From Candidatus Latescibacterota bacterium (lineage in GTDB: Bacteria > Latescibacterota > UBA2968 > UBA8231): DNA of 64,000 bases. The stretch's first letter is position 1. Each line of letters begins with the position of its first letter. The notes beneath the pieces are model-generated. The model was not told where the DNA came from and ran no database searches. It was given only the letters and a program-made list of their open reading frames with translations. Of this stretch, positions 39,523-53,720 are shown one piece after another. The stretch lies in NCBI GenBank assembly GCA_965219385.1, contig CBDCNM010000002.1, positions 902,639 through 966,638 of the forward strand, in the 5' to 3' direction. Position numbers and translations under genes: made by a program.

Positions 39523-40553
39523 ATGAGGCGCCTTGTCTGCCTTGCATGCGCGGTTTGCTTGGGATGTTGGCATTGTTCCCAGGAAAAACCCACCTCTTCA
39601 GAGTCTACCCGTTCGTTTGAAGGTACTGTACAGACCCCGGATGAGCAACCGGTCGCCATGGCCACGGTTTATCTCGTGCGGGCTTCTAATCTAACCCTCC
39701 AAGCAGCAGACCATCACGGATGCGCACGGGGCATTCAGCGTGTCCCTGCCCCACTCGGGGCCGTACTTGGTTGGGGATCCACTTCAGACAGGGCAATTGG
39801 CACGTCTCCTACCGCGACACAGCCTTCCTGTGGGACCAGGACTCACAACACATCCGGGCTGATTTTCTCTGGCTTACACAGAGCAAACCCATCCTCTTGA
39901 GGGAGGATGAAGAAATAGACGAACTGGATAAAAAGCCGTCGGCCAAGCCCCTTGCGATACGATTTCTACCCAAAATAGGCGATCTCGATCGAACGGGCCA
40001 CGTCACCATAAAAGACGCCGTGGCCCTGTTCGATCTGTTTCTGTACGGCACGCCTGTGGATGCCCTGTCCATCCGTCTGGGGGACATTGACCAAGACGGC
40101 CAGACCGACTGGACGGACCTGGCCTTGCTGGGCGATTTCCTCCAAAAGGGCTTACCCCAGGACGATAATCCCTATAACATTGGAAAAAAGGTCCAACTGG
40201 GGACCGCTTCTTTGGTCCCCAATCCTGAAGAGACGTCCTTTTCGAGTAACGGGGCTTGGGAGACCTTCACGGTGCAAACGGATATGGACAGCGTGCACGT
40301 GGTCGTCAACCCACCTCGCAGTGATGTTATTCTTGAGGTGGCCGGAGGCTATAGGGCACCTTCCCGTAGTTACTGCGGGGCGGAAGCCGAAGACAGCCCA
40401 ACGCGACCGAGACGGAACAACTACAAGCTCCATTTGGCCGGCTGTGCATCCGGCCGGTCCAAGGTATTGCTGAAAGACTATATCTACGGTCTAACCCTGG
40501 TTCAATACGAAATAGCAGTACAGGAGGGAAATGAACAAGACGAAAGGGACTGA
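39523..40553 (+). pseudogene. Exported protein with carboxypeptidase-regulatory-like and dockerin/EF-hand-like domains, two frameshifts
   Basis: GTVQTPDEQPVAMATVYLV / TITDAHGAFSVSLPHSGPYLV / GIHFRQ... in three frames. GDLDRTGHVTIKD and GDIDQDGQTDWTD pair. Confidence 0.65.
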
Positions 40554-40574
40554 AAATAAGCACGGAGATATTAA

Positions 40575-40787
40575 ATGCAGGCTGATATTCCTACGCCCCC
40601 TATGTATCAGATCGAAGAGACGGCTATAGCGAAGTCTCCCGAGGCTGATCACGTAGTTGTTTTGTTGAAAATGCGGCCACTATCTGAAACGGGTACTCTA
40701 CTCCCTCAACTTCAAGAAATAGGGTTTTTGTTTTCGGATCGAGCGGAAGCCAGTCGATATTATCAACAGCTACTTCTGGATATCTAG
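40575..40787 (+). CDS. Hypothetical protein
   Basis: 70-aa ORF with a GGAG ribosome-binding site. No family recognised. Confidence 0.4.
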   Translation: MQADIPTPPMYQIEETAIAKSPEADHVVVLLKMRPLSETGTLLPQLQEIGFLFSDRAEASRYYQQLLLDI

Positions 40788-40871
40788 AATCCATTGCCTT
40801 ATTCTCCTTTCAAAAACCGTGCCAGCCCAGCGCCTACGGCAAGAAGCGTACCGGGCGTTATTCAAACGAGG

Positions 40872-41519
40872 TCACGACCGGGATAATAAGCCTTCCATTT
40901 GCCGGCGCCAGTTTTCCGGGTAGTGCAGCCGGCCTTCGAGACGGAAATCCGCGACCAGGGAGCGCAGCAACCCCATCCGCTTCTCGCGGTCGGGTTCCTT
41001 TTCTTTCAAGTATTGCCGCACCTGGGCCAGCTGGTCAAGGTAGTAGACGAACTCCTCGTCGAAAAGCGCTTCGAGATCCTGGCGCAGCCGGCTGGCCAGA
41101 GAGGGGCTGGCGTTGCTGGTGCTGATGCTGAGGCGCAAATGGCCCGGGTGCACCAGGGCGACCATGCCGAAGTTGGAGAAAGCCGGCTGGTCGTAGGAAT
41201 TGATCAGGATGTGGCGGGCGCTGGCCTGTGCGAAGATCTGCCGGGTCAATTCGGGATTGCTTCTGGCCGTATTCACCACCAGGAAAACACCGTCCAGATC
41301 TTCGGACTGAAATGGGCGTTGATGGCAGGTCAGCCTCCCCTCCCGGGCCCACTCCCGCAAGCGGGGCGCAATCCGGGGACTGACCAGGGTGACGCGGGCG
41401 CCGGCCCCCAGGAGGCGACCGCTTTTTTCCGTGGCCTCGTCGCCGCCGCCGATGACCAGGCAGGATCGATCCGCGATGTCGAGGTTGATCTGGAAATAGG
41501 GGTTCGGGAGCCGTTTCAT
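40872..41519 (-). CDS. Precorrin-2 dehydrogenase/sirohydrochlorin ferrochelatase (CysG N-terminal/SirC-like)
   Basis: CLVIGGG, VTLVSP, LINSYDQP, LSISTSNASPSLASRLR. Confidence 0.85.
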   Translation of the reverse strand: MKRLPNPYFQINLDIADRSCLVIGGGDEATEKSGRLLGAGARVTLVSPRIAPRLREWAREGRLTCHQRPFQSEDLDGVFLVVNTARSNPELTRQIFAQASARHILINSYDQPAFSNFGMVALVHPGHLRLSISTSNASPSLASRLRQDLEALFDEEFVYYLDQLAQVRQYLKEKEPDREKRMGLLRSLVADFRLEGRLHYPENWRRQMEGLLSRS

Positions 41520-41674
41520 ATTTTTCTGGAAATCTGACCCACCATGTCGACCAGCTGTGGGAGGATGAGCTTTTCCATGGCCAGCCGGACCGCGCCTGGG
41601 GCGTCGGGGGCGCCGACGCTGATAACCGCGCAGCTGATCTGCTTGGCCGGGTTTGGACCCTCTTTATGTGCCAT
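41516..41674 (-). pseudogene. moaB: MoaB/Mog remnant with a large in-frame internal deletion (52 aa)
   Basis: MAHKEGPNPAKQISCAVISVGAPDAPGAVRLAMEKLILPQLVDMVGQISRKI: the MoaB first strand fused to the MoaB last helix. Confidence 0.65.
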
Positions 41675-41675
41675 T

Positions 41676-42110
41676 TTATTTCTTCCCGCCCAGCGAGGTG
41701 TAGCTTTGACCTTCGCCGGTGCCGTACTCGATGGGCAGCCCCAGCTCCATCCAGCCTTTTTCGATCACCTGTCCCATCTCGTTGCGGGACCCGCCAAAGC
41801 CGCCGTCCATGTGGAGGATTTGCGTGAAGCCGGAGGCGGTCAGGGCCTCGACCGCACGTAGCGAGCGAGCGCCCGACTGGCAGCCGATGATCAGCCTGGC
41901 GTCCTTGGCGAAATTGACCTCCACCAGGCGCAAGAATTCCGGGTTGGGAACCATCTGGTCCTGCTCGTGGTGCATCAGCGGGATGTTGACGGCACCGGTG
42001 GGGTGACCGTTTTCGAATTCGGGGATGGAGCGCACGTCAACGTAGGTGTACCCTTCGTCCCGGTCCAGCAGTTCGCCGGCCTGAGAGGGATTGATGTTTT
42101 CGAAGCTCAT
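41676..42110 (-). CDS. Rhodanese-like sulfurtransferase
   Basis: YVDVRSIPEFENGHPTGAVNIP, GCQSGARS, MDGG. Confidence 0.9.
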   Translation of the reverse strand: MSFENINPSQAGELLDRDEGYTYVDVRSIPEFENGHPTGAVNIPLMHHEQDQMVPNPEFLRLVEVNFAKDARLIIGCQSGARSLRAVEALTASGFTQILHMDGGFGGSRNEMGQVIEKGWMELGLPIEYGTGEGQSYTSLGGKK

Positions 42111-42416
42111 GGGGCATATCTCCTGTTTAGTGAATGCTCCGTTTTTGTCGAACAACTGCTCGGCCGTCTTGGGTCGGCCTCGGAGAGAATCGAACCAGCA
42201 GGTGTGCAGAAGATGATTCCGTGACCGACGACTGCCGGATAGAGCGGGTCGAGATAATTGCCAGGGGCACTGTGACCAGGATGTAGACAGGCAGCATGCC
42301 TGCTTGACAGGGTTCACCTAAATGGGGTCCTTATTAAGGAGTTTTGTCTCCTTAATGTAGTATTTTCTGCACGATAGACAAGACTTCACGGGTTTTGCCG
42401 GGAGCAAAAGAAAGAT

Positions 42417-43553
42417 ATGAGGTACACGCCCAAGCTCAGGTGGATCGCCTGGCTCCTTTGCGCGGTGCTGTGGACTTGCAACGGGTCCGAGGAAGCCGGG
42501 AAAGATACCACCGCGAGCACGGCTGCGGATAGCACGGCTGCGGACAGTACCCGGATCGCAGAAGCCGTCCCGGTGGAAACCGCCCCGGCCACGAGTGGAG
42601 ATATTTCTTCCTTTCTGTCCTTCAACTCGACCCTGGAGACCGAAGCGGCCGTGGAGATTTATCCGCGCATCGGCGGCCTGGTAGAAGCGCTCGAGGGGGA
42701 AGAGGGAGACTGGGTCGCCAGCGGGGATACCCTGTTGCGCATCAACGACGACGAACTGCGGCTCGCCTTCCGCGAAAGCGAGGTGAATCTGCACCATCTC
42801 GAGGCCGGTTTCGAGCGTACCCAGGAGATGTTTCAGCGCCAGCTGGTCAGCGAGCAGGATTACGAGAACGCCAAACTCGAAATAGAACAGGCCCGTCTCG
42901 GGTGTCAAAAAGCCCGGCTGGCGCTGGAGCACACCCGGGTCTGCGCCCCTTTTTCCGGGGTCATCGCCGAGCGCCACGTGCAGGTGGGTAGCCGGGTGGA
43001 ACCCGGGACCAGATTGTTCGCCCTGGTCAAGCTCGACGAGATGCTGGCCAGGGTTTTTGTTCCGGGCCAGCATCTGACCAGCATTCGCACAGGGCAAAAG
43101 GCCATCATTACCTCTGATTTCCTCGAAGATAGGCGTTTTGCCGGCTGGGTCAAGCGCATCAGTCCGGTCGTGGATCCCAAGAGTGGTACCTTCAAGGTCA
43201 CGGTCGGGATCGAGGCGAGTCAGGAGCACCTGCGCCCGGGCATCTTCGTCAATGTGGAAATCGTCACCGATACCCACGAAAACGCGGTGCTGGTGCCCAA
43301 GGAAGCCGTGGTCTACGACGGCGGGGATCGCTACGTATTCGTGGTAGAGGGCACCACGGCCTCCAGGGTCAAACTGGATGCCGGTTTTGAAAACAGCCGC
43401 TTCATTGAAGCCCTTTCTCTCATCCAGCCCGATACCCCCATCATCGTCGTAGGGCAGAACGGGTTGAAGGACAAGGCCCGGGTAAAGATCGTCAACCAGG
43501 AAGACCATACCCTGGAAGCTGGTAGCCCAGAACCTGACGCCGACCAGGGCTGA
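42417..43553 (+). CDS. RND efflux periplasmic adaptor subunit
   Basis: PRIGGLV, GDWVASGD, alpha-hairpin, APFSGVI, ISPVVDPKSGT, LRPG. Confidence 0.92.
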   Translation: MRYTPKLRWIAWLLCAVLWTCNGSEEAGKDTTASTAADSTAADSTRIAEAVPVETAPATSGDISSFLSFNSTLETEAAVEIYPRIGGLVEALEGEEGDWVASGDTLLRINDDELRLAFRESEVNLHHLEAGFERTQEMFQRQLVSEQDYENAKLEIEQARLGCQKARLALEHTRVCAPFSGVIAERHVQVGSRVEPGTRLFALVKLDEMLARVFVPGQHLTSIRTGQKAIITSDFLEDRRFAGWVKRISPVVDPKSGTFKVTVGIEASQEHLRPGIFVNVEIVTDTHENAVLVPKEAVVYDGGDRYVFVVEGTTASRVKLDAGFENSRFIEALSLIQPDTPIIVVGQNGLKDKARVKIVNQEDHTLEAGSPEPDADQG

Positions 43554-43564
43554 CGACACCGCCG

Positions 43565-47377
<3,813 letters not shown>

Positions 47378-47386
47378 GGAGTTGTT

Positions 47387-50300
47387 GTGAAAGAGGAAGC
47401 CCAATACCCGCTGCCCCGTCTGTCGGTGAACCGTCCGGTATCGGTGGTGATGGTGCTGGTGGCCCTGCTCGTGGTCGGGTACATCGCCTATACCCGCATC
47501 CCCATCAATCTGTTTCCGGAGGGTCTCGAATGGGACCAACTGGGCGTCTGGGTGAGCTATCCCAATGCCAGCCCGGTGGAGGTGGAGCAAAAGATCGCCC
47601 GCCCCATCGAGGAGGCCGTAGCCACGGTCAGCCGGGTGGGCAAGATTCGCACCAACAGCAGCCGTGGGGGGTGCTGGACCCGCATCGAGTTCCGGCCCCA
47701 CACGGATATGAAGATGGCCTACGCGGAGTTGCACGACCGGATGGAACGGGTCATGCCCGAACTGCCCGACGAGGTCGAGCGCATCCACGTGCGCCGCTGG
47801 GACCACAACGACATTCCGATCATGTGGATGGTGGCCACCCTCGAAGGGAATTTCAGCGATCCCCAATTCCTCCTGGAAACCCACCTGCGTCCGGCTCTGC
47901 AGCGGATTGAGGGCGTGGGCAATGTGGATATCTGGGGCGGCAGAGAGCGGCAGATCATCATCGAGCTGGATCAGGAAAAGGTGCGCAGCCACCGGGTCAA
48001 TGTCTACGAACTGGTGGGCAAGCTGCGCAACCAGAACTTTGCCCTGCCCGGCGGGTCGGTGCGCGAGGGCGGCAAGAAGATTTACGTGCGCTCTCTGGGC
48101 AAGCTCCAGAGCGTCGAGGAGATCCGCGCCCTCAGCATCGACCAGGAACACAACCTGAAACTTTCCGATGTCGCCCTCGTCGGCCTGGCGCGCCCGCTCA
48201 GGGACTGGATCAACCGCGTCGATCGCAAGGAATCCATGGGGATCGAGATCCAGCGGGCCTCTGGCGGCAATATCGCCCGGATTTCCACCGAAGTGCGGGC
48301 GACCCTGGAGGAACTGCAAAGCCGGCCGCGGTTCCAGGGGGTGGATTTCGAGATCTTCTGGGACCAGGGCGAGCACGTGGCCGAGTCGGTCGACAACCTC
48401 AAGACCTCGGGGCTGTGGGGCGGGCTCTTCGCGGCCATGGTGCTGTTCTTTTTCCTGCGGGCCGTGCGCATGACCTCGATCATCACCCTGGCCATCCCGC
48501 TCTCGATCCTGGTGACCATGACCGCGCTCTACTTCATAGGCTGGTCGCTCAACATCGGCACCATGATGGGGCTGATGCTGAGCCTGGGCCTGGTGGTGGA
48601 CAACGCCATCGTGATCGTGGAAAACATCTACCGCAAACGCCAGGAAGGGGTGGAGCCGCGCCGGGCCTCGATCGAGGGAGCCGGCGAGGTGGGGCTGGCC
48701 GTCACCATGGCCACCCTGACCACAGCCGTGGTTTTTCTGCCTTTGATCCTGATGAGCGATGACCAGAATTTCTCCTTCTGGATGCTGCGCATCGGGGCGC
48801 CGGTCATCGTCGGCCTGATGGCCTCCCTGTTTATCGCCCTGGCCTTTATCCCCCTGGCCGCTCTGCGGCTCTCGAGCGCCAGGGAACGCGGTGAGGGCAA
48901 GCTGATCCCGTCCTTGCGCGGTTTCTATCTGCACTGCCTGAAGTGGGTCCTGAGGCACCGCCTCGACGCCCTGATCCTGGTGGTGCTCGCCATGGCGAGT
49001 ATCCTGATTCCGCAGCAGGGGATGAAGCACACCGACCAGGAGGAAGGGCAGCGCCGCGGCCTAGACCTGAGTTTCGAGATGCCCTCGGGCCAGTCGCTGG
49101 CCCGGGCCGACACCTTCATGAGCACCGTGGAGGATACCCTGCTGAACCACCGGGAAGACTACAATATCAAAACGGTGAGGGTCTGGTTTCGCAACAGCTG
49201 GGGCCGCACCGAGATCCTTTTCAGGGAAGCAGAAAACCTCAAGTGGTACCAGGTGGCCCTGGAGGACTTTTTGACCAGGTTGGGCTTGCGCGACAAGCCC
49301 CACCTGGGCTACAAGGAGGTGGTCGAAGACATCAAGAAACGCATGGTGCTGCCGGTCGGCTTCACCATGCAGGTGAACTGGGAGCAACAGGACCAGGACA
49401 CCCGCATCGCCATCAGCCTCTACGGCGAGGACACCCGGGTGCTGATGCAACTATCCAGGGAGGTCGAACGCCGCCTCGGCAATATTCCGGGTCTGCTGGC
49501 GGTGCACACCGACATGGATCGGGGCAGCACCGAACTCCAGGTGCGGCTCGACCGGGACCGGATCCGGCGCTACGGCGTGGATCCCCGGATGGTTTCCAAC
49601 AATATCGCCTATGGCTTGCGCGGGCTGAATCTGAGCCGCTTCCAGACCGAGGACGGTAAAGAGGTCCAGATGTGGCTTCAGTTCGAGGAGGGGAACCGGC
49701 AGAGCATGCAGAGCTTGCGCAATCTCACCTTTCCCACTCAGGAGGGCAAAGAGATCCCGCTGGAATCCCTGGCCGATCTCTACGTGACGCGGACCCTGGG
49801 CAACATCCACCGCGAGGACCGCAAGACCACATTGACGGTGACGGCCCGGGCCGCCAAAGACGATACCAAGGGGATTTTCGAGCAGGTGGATTGGGCCATG
49901 CGCGATTTCGAGATGCCCCGTGGATACCACTGGGACAAAGGCTCCCGCTACGTGCGCCTGGAGGAAGCGGACCGGTCCCAGCAGTTCGCCCTGCTTCTGT
50001 CGGTGATCTTCATATTTCTACTGATGGGGGTGCTCTTCGAGTCCTTCGTGCTGCCGCTTTCGGTCATCATATCCATCCCTTTTGCCTTCCTCGGAGTGTA
50101 CTGGTTCCTCTACCTGACGGGGACTTCCTACGACATCATGTCCATGATCGGCACGGTCATCCTGGTGGGTGTGGTGGTCAACAACGCCATCGTGCTGATC
50201 GACCTGACCAACCGGCTGCGCGCCGAGGGCATGGACCGCTACGCGGCCCTGCTCGAAGCCGGCAAGCACCGCTTCCGTCCGATTCTGATGACCTCATTCA

Positions 50301-50554
50301 CCACCATCTGCGGATTGATCCCCATGGCCGTGGGCAATTCCAGGATGGTGGGGATGCCCTACGCGCCGCTGGGGCGCACCATGATGGGGGGCCTGCTGGC
50401 CTCCATGGTGCTGACCCTGGTGATCGTGCCGCTGTGCTACACCTTCTTCGATGATTTGCGCACCCTGCTCCAGCGGGTTTTGGCTTCTGCCTTTAAGGAG
50501 GACCCCGCTGGTGTACAAGGTGCGCAGTCCGCGACCGCCGAATATGGAAAATAG
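47387..50554 (+). CDS. RND efflux permease (second subunit)
   Basis: NRPVS, GLVVDNAIVIVENI, GVVVNNAIVLID, RFRPILMT. Confidence 0.92.
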   Translation: MKEEAQYPLPRLSVNRPVSVVMVLVALLVVGYIAYTRIPINLFPEGLEWDQLGVWVSYPNASPVEVEQKIARPIEEAVATVSRVGKIRTNSSRGGCWTRIEFRPHTDMKMAYAELHDRMERVMPELPDEVERIHVRRWDHNDIPIMWMVATLEGNFSDPQFLLETHLRPALQRIEGVGNVDIWGGRERQIIIELDQEKVRSHRVNVYELVGKLRNQNFALPGGSVREGGKKIYVRSLGKLQSVEEIRALSIDQEHNLKLSDVALVGLARPLRDWINRVDRKESMGIEIQRASGGNIARISTEVRATLEELQSRPRFQGVDFEIFWDQGEHVAESVDNLKTSGLWGGLFAAMVLFFFLRAVRMTSIITLAIPLSILVTMTALYFIGWSLNIGTMMGLMLSLGLVVDNAIVIVENIYRKRQEGVEPRRASIEGAGEVGLAVTMATLTTAVVFLPLILMSDDQNFSFWMLRIGAPVIVGLMASLFIALAFIPLAALRLSSARERGEGKLIPSLRGFYLHCLKWVLRHRLDALILVVLAMASILIPQQGMKHTDQEEGQRRGLDLSFEMPSGQSLARADTFMSTVEDTLLNHREDYNIKTVRVWFRNSWGRTEILFREAENLKWYQVALEDFLTRLGLRDKPHLGYKEVVEDIKKRMVLPVGFTMQVNWEQQDQDTRIAISLYGEDTRVLMQLSREVERRLGNIPGLLAVHTDMDRGSTELQVRLDRDRIRRYGVDPRMVSNNIAYGLRGLNLSRFQTEDGKEVQMWLQFEEGNRQSMQSLRNLTFPTQEGKEIPLESLADLYVTRTLGNIHREDRKTTLTVTARAAKDDTKGIFEQVDWAMRDFEMPRGYHWDKGSRYVRLEEADRSQQFALLLSVIFIFLLMGVLFESFVLPLSVIISIPFAFLGVYWFLYLTGTSYDIMSMIGTVILVGVVVNNAIVLIDLTNRLRAEGMDRYAALLEAGKHRFRPILMTSFTTICGLIPMAVGNSRMVGMPYAPLGRTMMGGLLASMVLTLVIVPLCYTFFDDLRTLLQRVLASAFKEDPAGVQGAQSATAEYGK

Positions 50555-52121
50555 ACCATCCACTCGCTGGCTCCCGGCGCTGGTCGGCATCGGCGCCGGC
50601 CTTGTGGTCCTGTACCTGTGGCAGGCTCTGCCCTTTTTTCGCGCCTCGACATTGCCGGTGGGCTTTGTGGGCGCGGCGCTGCTGGCCCTGGCGGTCTATC
50701 TGGCCCAGATCGCCCGGCGCACCTGGGAGACCAGACTGGTCTCCCAGGTGCGCCGGGCGAATCAGCGCTTGCAGGTGGAAATCTCCGAGCGCAAGCAGGC
50801 CCAGGATGCGCTGCAAAAAAACCTTCGGCGCGAGGAGGCCATAGGTCGAATCCGCGACCACATCATCGCCATGAGGGAATTTCCCGAACTGCGCTCTGAA
50901 TTCGAGAACAACTGGGTGGAGGAATTGCGGACGCTGGGCATCCCGGTGAACGATGTTTCTCTGCAGCTTCCCGCTCCGCAACCCGGGTACTTCGTCAATG
51001 GCTGGGCCATTTTGCTGGGTGAAGACAATCCCAAAGCTTATCCCGTGGCGGATTTTGTCTGGCTGCAGGAGGCCTGGGAAAGCAGGGAGCCCGTGGTGAT
51101 GGCCCCCGAAGCATTCGTTGGCAAGCACGTAAAATCCACCACCCATTCGCTCGTGGAAATCCCGCTCACAGGAGGTGGTTCCGTGGGCCTGAACAGCACG
51201 GTTTCGGATGCCTTCGATCCCGAGACGGTCCGGATACTGCAGGTGTTTGCAGAGCTGTTGGCCGAAGGACTGCACCGCGTACAGGATTTTGAAGCCCTGC
51301 GCAATGCAGAAGGAGAGTTGCAAAAAGCCCACGATGAACTGGAACAACGGGTGGAGGACCGCACCGTCGATCTGCAGGCGGCCAACGAACGGCTGCAGGT
51401 ATTGGCCAACCAGCTGCAGCAGAGCAACCGGGAGCTCGAGGATTTTGCCTATGTCTCGTCGCACGATCTCCAGGAGCCGCTGCGCAAAATCCAGGCCTTT
51501 GGCGACCGGCTGGTGAGCAAAGAAAGCGACTCCCTGAGCGAGGGGGGAATCGACTACCTGAGGCGGATGCAGGATGCGGCCAGGCGGATGCAGAACCTGA
51601 TCGGCGATTTGCTGTCCTTTTCGCGCATTGCGACCAAGGCGCAACCCTTTGTCTGGGTGGATCTCAACCAGGTTTGTCGAGAAGTGGTGTCCGACCTGGA
51701 AGTACGCCTAGAGGAAACCGATGGGCGGGTGGAGGTCGGCGATCTGCCGAGCATCAACGGAGATCCTACGCAGATGCGCCAGGTGTTGCAGAACCTGGTT
51801 GGCAATGCCTTGAAGTTTTGCCGCGAGGGGGTGGCGCCGCTCGTCGAGGTTCGGGGGGTTGTCGAGGCCGAGGTCTGTCAACTCACAGTAGAGGACAATG
51901 GCATTGGGTTTGACGAAAAGTATCTCGACCGCATTTTTAGCCCTTTTCAGCGTCTGCACGGCCGCTCCGAGTACGAGGGGACCGGCATGGGACTGGCCAT
52001 CTGTCGCAAGATTGTGGAGCGCCACGGGGGCCAGATCACGGCGCGGAGTACGCCGGGGCAAGGCAGTATTTTTGTGGTTGCACTTCCCGTCGAACAACCC
52101 AAGGGGGAACAGGCGTCCTAA
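50544..52121 (+). CDS. Membrane sensor histidine kinase
   Basis: Two transmembrane helices, GAF-like region, FAYVSSHDLQEPLRKI (H box), NLVGNALKF, DNGIG, GTGMGL. Confidence 0.9.
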   Translation: MENRPSTRWLPALVGIGAGLVVLYLWQALPFFRASTLPVGFVGAALLALAVYLAQIARRTWETRLVSQVRRANQRLQVEISERKQAQDALQKNLRREEAIGRIRDHIIAMREFPELRSEFENNWVEELRTLGIPVNDVSLQLPAPQPGYFVNGWAILLGEDNPKAYPVADFVWLQEAWESREPVVMAPEAFVGKHVKSTTHSLVEIPLTGGGSVGLNSTVSDAFDPETVRILQVFAELLAEGLHRVQDFEALRNAEGELQKAHDELEQRVEDRTVDLQAANERLQVLANQLQQSNRELEDFAYVSSHDLQEPLRKIQAFGDRLVSKESDSLSEGGIDYLRRMQDAARRMQNLIGDLLSFSRIATKAQPFVWVDLNQVCREVVSDLEVRLEETDGRVEVGDLPSINGDPTQMRQVLQNLVGNALKFCREGVAPLVEVRGVVEAEVCQLTVEDNGIGFDEKYLDRIFSPFQRLHGRSEYEGTGMGLAICRKIVERHGGQITARSTPGQGSIFVVALPVEQPKGEQAS

Positions 52122-53695
52122 TCCCTCTGCAGCAAAAAGACGTGGTAGCGCCAGGATGCACAGCCGGCGGCCATGCGGGGGAGTTCGGCAAGGAGTCGGC
52201 TTTGTGGGTAGAGGGGTTGGAGGGAAGCAGGCAGGGCAAAGCCTCCTCGAATAATGAATACCACCTTTTCCGGGAAGTCGGGGCCGGCCTGCTGGTGGAA
52301 GTCCGTAAAGTCGCGGAAGCGGGGATCGTCCACGGTAAAGAAGGGCCTGTTCCCAGCCCCGTAATACCCCACGGCAAAGCTGATGCCGTACTGGGAACTG
52401 AGCAGGGGCACGGAGGGGGGCACGGCTTTTTGCTCCAGGGTTTTCTCCAGCTCGACGGCCAGCCGACGCCAGCCGCTGTACTCGCACAGCCGTTCGGTCC
52501 ACGAATAGGAGGCCTCGCGCCGCAGGTCCGGGGCGGACACCAGGCGCGCGTAGGTAGCGTCGAAGACCGGGCTCTGGCGGCCGGCGTTGAGGCGCTCGAG
52601 GGCCACCGGGTACTTGAGGGCCACTCCGATGGGCAGGGCCCAGGCCAGGCCGGTGAGTAGCAGCAGGACCAGGAACCAGCGAGGGCGGGCGGGCAGGTTG
52701 GCACGGCTGAAGGCCAAGGGCCACAGACCCAGGAAGGCGGGGAGGATCCAGTTGCCTTTGATCTGGCCGCGCCCCAGGGCGAAGAAAGCGAAGCCGGCGA
52801 GCAGGCACAGGCCCGGCAGCAGGGCCAGGAGTTGTTCCGGGGTGGGACGGCGGAAGGCACGCCGAATCTCGTTCCCCAAAGCCTTATAGAACAAGAAGAG
52901 CAAAAGAGGAGAAACAAAGAACAAAGGGTTGAGCAGAAAGAAAAGAAGCCGCGTCGGCAGCGGACGAGTAGCGGCGATTTGCGACAGGCTGCTCAGGGTG
53001 GTGGGCAGGTAGAACAGGCTGCTGAACTGGGCGTGGATCAGCGGCGCGGTGACCAGGAGGAAGGGGATAAGGGTCCAGAGCAGCATCTTCCAGCGGGCAG
53101 TCCGATCGCAGGTGACGAAGATCCAGAGAAACAGACCCAGGACCAGGAAGGCGGCGGAGTACTTGCACAGCACGGCCAGACCGGCGGCCACGCCCAGCAC
53201 GACCTGTGCGGCGGGCGATTCCCGCCCCACGGATTGCCGGGCCCACACCAGGGCCAGGAGCCAGCAGGCGACCAGGAAGCCGTCCGGGTGCAAATAGGAG
53301 GTGGTATGCCAGATCCAGTGGCTGGTGGCAAAGGCGGCTACGGCCCACAGGCACAGAGCGTGCTCGAGGCGGTAGAGCCGGCAAAGATGGTAGAGCAGGG
53401 CCACCGAGAGGGCGCCGCACAGGATCGGCCCCAGGCGCAAGACCCACTCGCGGTCGGGGTAGAGGAAGTGGGCCAGCTTGAAGACGCTGAAGGGCAGCAG
53501 GGCATAGGAGGCGTCGAGGTGCTGGCCCCAGTACCAGTAGACGGCCTCGTCCTTGCCCAGCTCCACGGTTCCCACCAGCCAGAGCTTGAACAGGCTGTAG
53601 AGGACCAGAAGGGCGGCCCACCCGGGCCGGCCTTCTGGTTTGACGCGGCCCGGTCCGGGGTGTATATTCTCAGCTTTACAGGGTGTTTCCGGCAT
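52118..53695 (-). CDS. Glycosyltransferase family 39 (ArnT/PMT-like) membrane protein
   Basis: DEAVYWYWGQHLDASY, HPD, LCKYS, many transmembrane helices. Start uncertain. Confidence 0.78.
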   Translation of the reverse strand: MPETPCKAENIHPGPGRVKPEGRPGWAALLVLYSLFKLWLVGTVELGKDEAVYWYWGQHLDASYALLPFSVFKLAHFLYPDREWVLRLGPILCGALSVALLYHLCRLYRLEHALCLWAVAAFATSHWIWHTTSYLHPDGFLVACWLLALVWARQSVGRESPAAQVVLGVAAGLAVLCKYSAAFLVLGLFLWIFVTCDRTARWKMLLWTLIPFLLVTAPLIHAQFSSLFYLPTTLSSLSQIAATRPLPTRLLFFLLNPLFFVSPLLLFLFYKALGNEIRRAFRRPTPEQLLALLPGLCLLAGFAFFALGRGQIKGNWILPAFLGLWPLAFSRANLPARPRWFLVLLLLTGLAWALPIGVALKYPVALERLNAGRQSPVFDATYARLVSAPDLRREASYSWTERLCEYSGWRRLAVELEKTLEQKAVPPSVPLLSSQYGISFAVGYYGAGNRPFFTVDDPRFRDFTDFHQQAGPDFPEKVVFIIRGGFALPASLQPLYPQSRLLAELPRMAAGCASWRYHVFLLQRD

Positions 53696-53720
53696 TAGAG
53701 ACCTTCGGGAGAACGAGAAC

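Noticed and set aside
42454..42550. Short coding repeats (STAAD x2 in the RND adaptor; heptads at ~39160-39200)
   Set aside because: Ordinary low-complexity linker or coiled-coil repeats.
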